Assembly (NCBI GenBank): GCA_051294375.1
Contig: CM119267.1
Location: 16,315,375-16,379,374 of the forward strand
DNA from: Paraspadella gotoi
Taxonomy: Eukaryota > Animalia > Chaetognatha
DNA length: 64,000 nucleotides
Direction: 5' to 3'
Part shown: positions 1-8,984 of the stretch, piece after piece
How positions within the stretch are numbered: the stretch's first letter is position 1
Layout of the letters: the number at the start of each line of letters is the position of its first letter
Position numbers and translations under genes: made by a program
The notes under the pieces: generated by a model
Told to the model about the DNA's origin: nothing
Databases searched by the model: none
Seen by the model: only the letters and a program-made list of their open reading frames with translations

Positions 1-46
1 CTGAATTAATTAATTTTAACAGACGTTAAGAGACGTGCAGGACCAC

Positions 47-1249
47 ATGGCGTCTCATCTTTTGCGTAAGCTTTGTTACGCATCGAAGTCGGTGGGAAAA
101 ACGATACCTTCATCGCTGAAGTATCCTCGCCGAACACTCGTCCTTGCGGCTGGTGTTACGACGGCGGGCGGCATTGCCCTCGTCAATATCGTAAACTGCC
201 ATGGCCTCCGCGCCGAGTCCAATCCTTGGGAGCTCTCGACGCGACCATCTCCGGTACCGTCTCGCGTGATGGACTATGGATTGGATCTGGGTATGAAGTT
301 GACTCTGTATCAGTATCAGACTTGCCCTTTCTGCTGCAAAGCCCGAGCATTTCTCGACTACTACGGGATATCCTACGACGTGGTAGAGGTCAATTCCGTC
401 AAACGCACCGAGCTCAAATGGTCCAAGTATCCCAAGGTTCCGGTACTGATCGTGGAGACGCCTGATGGAAAGTCCGTTCAGATTAACGACTCTTCGCAAA
501 TCGTGTCCGTCATGAAAACTTTCATCGACAACGAGCTTCGCGTTCCCATCGACCAGATTCTCAAGTGTTACCCTCACTTCGAACAGAAGGACGACGGCTA
601 CTTTACCAAAACGACCTTTGACTTCCCCAACAAATACTTCGTGATGTACTTTGACGAAGCTGTGGATACCGTTGACGACGGAACGAGGCGTTTGAGAAAT
701 CGCGAGAGAAAATGGCGCGCCTGGGTTGACTCGGATTTCGTTCACCGGATCTCTCCCAACATCTATCGGACGTTTTCCGAATCGTTCCGTTCCTTTACGT
801 ACTTTTCTGAGGTGGGAAGGTGGAACGAGATCTTCTCCGCCTTCGACCGCTTCATAGTCGTTTATCTCGGAGGCTTCGTCATGCGTATGGTCGCCGCGAG
901 TCTCAAACGGAAACACGGGCTGGATGACGACGTGCGCGGCGAACTCTATCGATCCGCTCGTCACTTTCTCGACCGCGCCTTAAAAAATAGACGCTTTACG
1001 GGCGGCGATGAAATTACGCTCGCCGATCTAGCGCTTTACGGCGCTCTCACGTCCTTCGAGGGTTGCGATGCTTTTGTCGATTTGACCGAAAATACTAAGA
1101 TCATGTCTTGGTTCACGGCGATGAAACGCGCCGTGGAAAGCCACGAGGGACAGAAAAGATTGCGGGAAATAATGGCGAGTGGAAATGGGACTGAACGGCC
1201 AGAAAATCGTCCCTTTCTCGGAGATGGCCATTTGGATCCCCGATTGTAG
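47..1249 (+). CDS. PTGES2: Prostaglandin E synthase 2 (mPGES-2), single coding exon
   Basis: Uninterrupted ORF with first ATG at 47. It has an N-terminal basic segment and a hydrophobic anchor (LVLAAGVTTAGGIALV). The glutaredoxin-like motif LYQYQTCPFCCKARAFLDY is followed by VVEVN, YPKVPVL and NDSSQI. The GST-C region includes ERKWRAWVD..VHRISPNIYRT and LADLALYGAL, matching mPGES-2 from memory. Confidence 0.92.
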   Translation: MASHLLRKLCYASKSVGKTIPSSLKYPRRTLVLAAGVTTAGGIALVNIVNCHGLRAESNPWELSTRPSPVPSRVMDYGLDLGMKLTLYQYQTCPFCCKARAFLDYYGISYDVVEVNSVKRTELKWSKYPKVPVLIVETPDGKSVQINDSSQIVSVMKTFIDNELRVPIDQILKCYPHFEQKDDGYFTKTTFDFPNKYFVMYFDEAVDTVDDGTRRLRNRERKWRAWVDSDFVHRISPNIYRTFSESFRSFTYFSEVGRWNEIFSAFDRFIVVYLGGFVMRMVAASLKRKHGLDDDVRGELYRSARHFLDRALKNRRFTGGDEITLADLALYGALTSFEGCDAFVDLTENTKIMSWFTAMKRAVESHEGQKRLREIMASGNGTERPENRPFLGDGHLDPRL

Positions 1250-1728
1250 TGTTTGCTTTTTACTTAAAAGTATTGTAATACTTCATTAAAAACCAGTTTT
1301 CTAGTAGACACCATAGAAAACGAAAGTGTTTTTTTCTCATCGAATTATTTAATAGGGCTATTTGGGTTTGGCTTCTTTTGATAATTGTTACATTTAACAG
1401 TTTTTGCGTTGATTTTTTGTTGGTTGAGAACTGAAATTTCGATATACGTATAAGCCTCTCTCTTCTTCTAATAAGTCACAACTCCATAGGTAAATGAGAC
1501 AGACGTTAACTGATTAAGAACTTATTTAGTATTTCTCTTTTAATTAAAAAAAAATCTTTTAAGGTCAAACTAGTCTATTTTTTTTAAATATTACGTTAAA
1601 ATGTAATGTATTTTGGTAAAAGAATTTGTAGACTTACACTTGCTTAATAAAATTGTCATTAAATTTCCCAAAAGGAAAGTTTGTTCGACTTGTTGGGTTC
1701 ATTGCATCTGACATGTCTTATAGGGGCA

Positions 1729-4412
1729 ATGGACAAACCACTGTCTGATGAAACGCAGAGTCTATCTGGAAGTGAGAGTTCAGGATCCAGCAGCGCGAGA
1801 CCGCGGCGTCTTGGAAGAGGACGAGCCAAGTGTGTGTCAAGTAGGTTTAAATATAACTTAACTTAAAACTTCTTGAAAATACAATCTTATTTTTTGTATT
1901 ATTTTTCAAGGCGAAAATTCGGTTCGTCGACCTGGACAGGAAACTCTTTCAGGGTCAGACAAGATGCCAGTGACTAAATCTGACTCTGACAGTCGTTTGG
2001 GCGAAAATAGCAACACCAACTCCCCATCCAATGATGGCCGTATGAGATCATCCCTTCGCGTCAATGCTGCCGAATTCGTTCCTCGCTCATTTTCTGTCCG
2101 TCCTCCTGCCGGTCCTTCTGTTCCTCCTGTTCTTCCGCCGCCAAATCAACAACAACAACAATGCCCCCCGTCTTCGTCTTCCTCTTCGGCAGCGCAGCCC
2201 CCTACGATGCCGAGACGCCGTCGCGTTTCGTCCAACTCCTATCATTTTAACGAAAATGTGGCTATAGAGTATCTTGAAGAGACTCTGGAAAAGTTGGTTT
2301 TGAATCCCGGAAGCTTCGTGGAACTGGTTGATCCACTTGTTGAAGTCCTCAATGGCTGGGTGGATGACAATGAGACGCTTTCCCTTATCGTCGATGTGAT
2401 CTTTCATAAGGCCGTCTCGGAGCCCAACTTTCATTGGACTGGTGCTAAGCTGTGCGGCCACCTGGCGGGCCACCTCACTGTCAGTCATGAAGGTGGAAGC
2501 AACTTCCGACAGCACCTGCTTAAACGTTGCCATGACGAGCACAAATTGCGAGACTCTTTTATCCGCACGACCGAAGGCAACAAGCGACTGCACGGTTTTG
2601 CCCTTTTCCTCGCTGAACTCTTTCTGTCAATGGAGGTTAACCCTAGTGGTGCTGGTGTTGCGCAACGCGTCCACATTCTCAGGGGAGCCTTGGTGCAACT
2701 TGTTCAGACACTTTTTACCAAACCGACTGATGACAATCTCAAGACTATCGTCAAAGTTTTGAAACTCGCCGGTAAGGCAGTTATGTCTAGTTTCTTTCCT
2801 AAAGCGTAGAAAAAATAATAAAGTCAAGTCGAATCAAAATTCGAATAGTAGATCATGAACATTTAAAAAAAAAAATTGCCAATTTTCGCATAGCACATAT
2901 TTATACATAGTATAATAGAAAATTTCAAATTTTAAAATGGTTGTTTTCTTATTTTTGAAAGCAGATTCGAATTCCTCAAGAAAAGTTGATAAAAAGAAAT
3001 ATAACTCTTTTAAGAAAATTATTTCATTAAGTGGGTCAAAATACTAAAAAACTATTATAATTAACCTATAATTAAATTTTAGTTTAAAAAATATATATTT
3101 TTAAACTTTTATTTGCTTTCAAAACTTAGAAAAAACGTTTTTAAAATTGTGACATTTTTTATGGTTAGTACTATGTATAAATATGGGCTAATGCGAAAAT
3201 TGAGAAATTAAAAAAAAAATTTTTTATATATCAATGTTCTTTACAATAAGACTGTTCATGATCAACTATTCGAATTTTTATCGGCCACTTTCACTAAGCC
3301 TTATTCTTTACTTCAGTCTGAAATGTTACTTTTTTTGCTGCATGGAAATGCTGGATTTCTGTTTTGAATTGTTTTTATTGTATAAAGACCTCAATACTGT
3401 ATATTTGAGAAGTGGAGGTTTTCAAAAGACTTTTGGAAAGAAAAATTCGCTCTTTATGTTCTCTTTTTGAGCTGTGGCTTAATTAATTTTTGCGCTGACG
3501 GCTTTTTCATTCAATTTTATCCTATATGATATTACAATAAGTCTTTATTTATTCTCATAATATATGAATGTCTAACTTGCGGGAACGGCAAACGGGTTGG
3601 GTTTATCTTTTTGCTTCTCTTGGTTGCTCCTGCAGTCATTCTAATTAATGTCACCCAGCATGCTTATTTCCGATGTGTTATGGCCCAGGGTATTTCTCTT
3701 AATTAGGAATTATAGTATAGCTTTATCTTATACTTCAGGCGGTGTTCTGGAAGACTGCGAACGTTCCGAACGCCGGGATACTATGGCAGTGGATATGGAT
3801 AACACATTCCAATTGATCAAGGATTGCATCCAGGTGCCTACTTTGAGTGAGAACGTCCGCCTCATGCTTTATTCTGTGATAGAATTGCGGAGTACGAATT
3901 GGGGACGACTCGAAGCGGTTCCGGAGCCGCCGCCGCCACCTCCAGCGTTTGGAACACCAACTACCACCTCGGCCGTTCCTGGTTACATGGAATCCGGTGG
4001 AGGCGCTTTAATCCAGGCCGGTCCAGTTTTCTATGGCAACAATGGCATGCCCATTACTGCTCAGGAAGCCGGCTACATGTCGGAATTAGACTACATCCAG
4101 CAACTTCAGTGGGGTGAAGACTATGCTTCGTTCGCAAGTGGCGCGATGAATGGAAGCAGTGGCGAAAATGCCCTATACCGACAGGCACCGGCCCAAAATC
4201 AAGGTCGTCCTCTTTTGGGTCAGCCACGATACGAGGGAAATGGCCCTTATGACAACTTTGGAGCCGTGGGCAACGATATGTGGTCCGCTAATGAAGAAAT
4301 GACAGATGATATGATCGAAGCCTTTGAACAGTTCATGCTCGAGAACCGAACCAACCCTGGGGCCGGCGATTTCGGAAGTGGCAATGGCGAAAGATTTGGT
4401 CGTGGACTTTGA
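1729..4412 (+). CDS. PAIP1: Poly(A)-binding protein-interacting protein 1 (PAM2 + MIF4G + acidic C-terminus); exons about 1729-1840, 1911-2771, 3739-4412 (~548 aa)
   Basis: PAM2 motif SSLRVNAAEFVP. MIF4G-like helical region (IFHKAVSEPNFHWTGAKLCGHL, NFRQHLLKRC, ALFLAELF, VIELRSTNWG). C-terminal EEMTDDMIEAFEQF resembles the PAIP1 acidic end. GT-AG introns 1841-1910 and 2772-3738 are both phase 1 and keep the frame. Exon 1 is the least certain. Confidence 0.85.
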
Positions 4413-5075
4413 TACCTTTTTTTTTAGCGCTTCATTTAAAAGCCCTAATTTATGTTAATTTTAGACTTCTTCCCTTGCTCTGCGTTTCGCAATACTAGTT
4501 TTTAAAAAGATTTCTTAAAAAATAAAATTTTAATGCAAATGTTCTTCAAAGCAAAAGAAAAGATATTGAAATTCTATTGCAGCAATGCAATTGATATTTT
4601 GGTTTGTCACCCATTAAATCAAGTGACTTAGAGGGTATTGTTACGAATTTAACCAAAATACCATTAATTGTATGAAAGCTTTGTGTAAAGCTGTTACTTT
4701 TGGGTTATTTTTGTTTGGCTCTTCTGTTGATTAATCAGTTTTAGTATCTTTCAGAAATTCTAAATTATATATTAACAAATTCTGTGATAGAATTTGATTC
4801 AAAAAAGTGATCAAGGACCCTGTAACATTAATTTTAGATTTTGTATTTGATGTACATGATCGCCATACAACTGTCGCTGAATTTTTTCATATTTGCCTCA
4901 TGATTTGTCGAAGAAGTGAAATCGCTGATAAACTTGTTTCTAATTAAATTGTTATGTTTTACTTCTCACAACAGAATTTTTTTTTTTTAAATTGGATCCC
5001 AGCGGAAAAAAAAACATCAAAAACAAAAATCTGTTTTTGTCAATTACGACATTCCGCCATGCTTAAAAGTCCGAC

Positions 5076-5903
5076 ATGACGGAAAAGACTTTTCGTGGTA
5101 CTGGCTCGGTCGAAGCCCGTTTGAACGAGGAGAGCGACGATTACCCAAACTCCCTATTATCGCAAAAGCGAAGATCCATCCCTCACGAGAAGGTGGCCGC
5201 TTTTCTCGACGACCAGCCGCTCAAGCTGGAACACAAGCGGGCGCGAAATCGGGAAGCAGCTTCTCGCTGCCGCAAGCGAAAGCTTGATCGAATCGCCGCC
5301 CTGGAAACGAGAGTCGCCGAGCTAAACGAAACTAACGAGAGGCTCTTGGAAATCACTTCGATTTTACGGTCGCAGGTAACCGGTAGTCTCCGATATACTT
5401 TCGCGATATACTTTCGCCGACCCCGGCTTTTGACGTCTTTTAACTATTACAAATATATAAAAAATATTTATTTAATGCAGTTCCCATTATATTGACATTT
5501 GAATTTGGTCGGCGATTGCGTATCACATTTTCTAAAACAATGCATGCTGTTTTAGGTGACGCGCCTCAAACAAGCAGTTATTGAACACGTGACCTCCGGT
5601 TGTGACGTCAGTCTTTCTCCGCTTCTCGACGCGTCACCACAACGAGATTCACCACCTCTCTTCAAACCCTCTTTGATCGCTTCCGAACTGAAATATAACG
5701 TGGCTCATTGCGACGTTATCGCCCACGCAGCACATTCACCGACACGACCTTTGCGCTCCCCTCCCCCTCCGCTTTCCGATTCTCCGGAAGTGGAAGACGT
5801 TTGCCTCAACTTGACGGTCTCTTCGTGTCGAAGCCCCGATCTGAAAGAGGTCGTTGAAGAAGAAGGGGTTTACGAGGAAAATGGTAATTTGGTTAAGAGA
5901 TGA
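5076..5903 (+). CDS. Jun/AP-1-like bZIP transcription factor; exons 5076-5375 and 5556-5903 (~215 aa)
   Basis: Basic region KRARNREAASRCRKRKLDRI, then a heptad leucine zipper that continues across a phase-0 intron (cag|gtaacc ... tttag|gtg) into VTRLKQAVIEHVTSGC. This matches the Jun bZIP end (LKQKVMNHVNSGC in c-Jun). Confidence 0.85.
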
Positions 5904-6575
5904 CACCCCCGCACCCTCACGATTGACTTCTCAGAACGAGGCAAAGCCGGAACGAAGCACCTCAGATTATTATTATCAACTGATCTCTAGTCAGGTTTAG
6001 GTTATTTTGACGCTTAAACTGTATGCGACACTTTTGAAATGCATTTCATGCTTGCAAAATTACGAATCGCGAATTTCATCAATAGAAAATGTAACCGTTT
6101 TGAACTTTCGCTTGTAATACCCTTGATACTAATAAATAGAATACATGATATGTAATAAGATTTTTTACTTTAGGGCATCTTATTACCATATATGATTATT
6201 TTGGAAAATCTTTCTGTGGATTAGACAGGTTATCATAAATAGAACTTATATACAGAGCTAGTCGAGAACTAGGTTAATGCTAATAATTTAATAAGTAAAT
6301 ACTACACTTGCACAATTCTTTATGAAGGTTTATATTTTATTTTTAAAAAGTAGCCCGACCCGAAGGTTTTTTATAAAAAATTTTCTACACCGTTTCCTGG
6401 CATAAATAAAAGGAAAACCAAACCAAATTAAAGAATTGTTAAACTAAGCATTAAAATAATCTGATTAGCAGATTATGCATGTGAAGAACGGAACCGGAAT
6501 AAATCGCTTCTGAAGTGTGCTCACTCTTCATTCGTAAAAAAACCTAACTTCCCGAAAAAATCACTGGAAAAAAAA

Positions 6576-8722
6576 ATGTCCATCACTTCAGAGCAAAAAC
6601 GGGAAAAACAGTGGTCAACTTTTGCCGACCTTTCTCTCTTCGAAACAGCGTTCTACTCTATCTGCAGCATCGCCTACCTGACCTACATTTGCTGCCGAAC
6701 ATTTCTCGCGGCACCCAAGATCTTCAAAATATCAGCAGCCAATTACTTTGCCAACGAGACGGACTGGAACTTCAAGATGTCGACGGACGGATGGCGCTGG
6801 TTGGGGCCAGCCAAAGACAACCGCGATCTGGAATGGACGATTCTTGGCTTTTTGCTCCAGCAGCACCTTCACTTGTACGTCGGTCATTCTGTCGCGTCAG
6901 CGGCGCTGCGTCGAGCAGGAGTCTCCCATCGCGCCCGTCTGACTATTCTCACGATGGGAGCCGTGGTGGGCGTCTGTCGCGTCATTGGCGCCCCTTCAGT
7001 TTTTAGGTTTAGACTTGTTTACTATAACTAAAGTCTGTTAGAGTATTCTGTAATTATAATTTATGAAACAATGTTCATATTGTTACATCCGTTGAGCATG
7101 GCTCGTCGCTTCAATTCCGCCACGCGGGACTGTCTGCAAGAAGGCGAGGGTTTTTAACGCAGTTTGAAAGAAATTTTTAAGCCAAAGTCTAAGAGCGATT
7201 TTTAATTTTTCCCTTCGTCTTCAGCCAAATGATTTTCGCCATTTTCGCCCTCATCGTCACTCGCCTCACCCGTCGTCTTTTTTGCGTCTGGATGACGACC
7301 CTGTCTGGATTGGCCATCCTGCAATACGGCCACATTCTGCTTGGCAGTCATTGGGATCCTGAGAAGCTTTTTATTTGGGTCATCACGGGAACGTTGACGG
7401 TCAACCGAGCTCATAGCTTTTGCCACGAGTTCCTGGCTTCGGAGAGAGAGGGCGCTGGTGATCAGAAGACCGGCATCGCCCAGTTCGGCTTCCTAGATCT
7501 CGTCAATTACGTTTTCTACTTTCCACTATTTTTCTACGGACCCGTCATGAGCTACAATCAGTTCGTCGACGACCTCGAAAGGGATTATGATGGATCGAGA
7601 TCTATTTCGCTCCGCTCTCTCGTTTGGCAGCTGCTGCGCTTTGCCTTTTGGATCTTGTTTCTAGAGTGCTTTCTTTTCAGGTTTTTTTGTCTCTTTCTCT
7701 TTCCGGCCATCCTTCCTTTGTTGTCTTTATTTATATCACGAAGTCACTGCTAAGTAACATCACAGGTTTTACGTAAACGTGGCCATCGGGGAGCCCCGCA
7801 TACTCTGGCGCCTCGACCCGTGGGAATTGGCCGGAGTTGGATTTCTCGCCGGTCAATTCTTTTACGCCAAGTACCTCGTCATCTACGGTCTACACGGCGT
7901 CCTCGCCGCGGTCGACGGAATGTCGACGCCCTCTCCGCCCAAGTGCTCCGCGCGCCTTTACCTCACCTCGGACATGCTGCAAAACTTCGACAAGGGCTTC
8001 TACAACTTTGTCAAGCGCTACATTTACCAGCCGTTGGGAGGGTCACGCCGCGGGGTCGCGCACAGGGTCGCTTCGGTGTTCTGCTGTTTTCTCTATATCT
8101 TCGTGTGGCACGGGAGTCAGCGGTAGGTTCAATTCTTTTGTAAAGAAGGAAGTCGAAATAAGAGACGAAATTAAATTACTATTTACAAATTTTTTTAAAA
8201 GTATTAATTGTTGTGTGTGAACGATCGCCGCATCGCATTCTAATTCATTTTGTATCGCTTTTTCGTCCTAAAACAAAAGCGCAAAAATAGTTCATAACTA
8301 ACTAATGCCACCAAAATTCTAGGTACGTTCTTTACTGGTCGCTGGCGAACTTCGTAGGCGTGGTGGCCGAGTCCGTGGGTCGAGCGGCGTTGCGAACCGA
8401 CTCTGCTCGCGAGTGGGAGCGTCGCCTTGGGTCTCGCATGTGGCGCCGGCTAAGGGTGCTGGCTGCCCTGCCCTTTTTCTGCTCATTGGCTATCGGGATG
8501 TTTATGTTTTTCGGGATGAACGAGGAAGTGGGGACGGTTTATCGCCAGAGATTCATCGATGAGGGTTTATTCTCCGGACATTTTTTCGTCGCCATCTTCG
8601 CCATGTTCTGTCAGGCGCAGGCCGCCGTGACGATCTACAAATTCGAAGAGACCGGAAAAATCGCAGATCGAGTCGTGTCAATTACATTTTGGTCTCGGGT
8701 CGAGAATATTAAAATGGAATAG
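6576..8722 (+). CDS. HHAT: Hedgehog acyltransferase-like MBOAT (HHAT/Rasp); exons 6576-7006, 7225-7680, 7766-8122, 8323-8722 (~547 aa)
   Basis: Multi-pass hydrophobic protein with DNRDLEW, YVFYFPLFFYGPVMSY, GQFFYAKYLVIYG, PPKC, FDKGFYNFVKRYIYQPLGG and the catalytic FVWHG. Three phase-2 GT-AG introns join the exons in frame. Confidence 0.88.
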
Positions 8723-8984
8723 AATAGTTTTGATGTATCCGCCAATTAATTTGATAACTTTTACTAATATTAAAATGGTCTGAAACAATGAACAATGTAA
8801 TTTCTTTCGTTTTTCGATTCCGTCAAGAATGAAATACTTTTTTAGTTCGATGTAGCGGTGGAATCTTATGCCAGATGGTATTATTAGTAGTAGAAGTAGT
8901 AGAAGAGTAGAAGCCAAGCTTATTTTCATGACTTAACCCACTCCCACCCACTTACGCGATTCCCAATCGCCGAAAAAATCAAAG

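Noticed and set aside
110-964. 284-aa antisense ORF over PTGES2, and similar antisense ORFs over PAIP1 and teneurin exons (e.g. 16614-17090, 24893-25540)
   Set aside because: These are shadow ORFs expected opposite codon-biased, GC3-rich exons, and they carry no recognisable motifs.
1235-1249. C-terminal PRL of PTGES2 as a peroxisomal PTS1
   Set aside because: It is a non-canonical tripeptide with an acidic upstream residue, and the protein has an N-terminal membrane anchor, so support is too weak.
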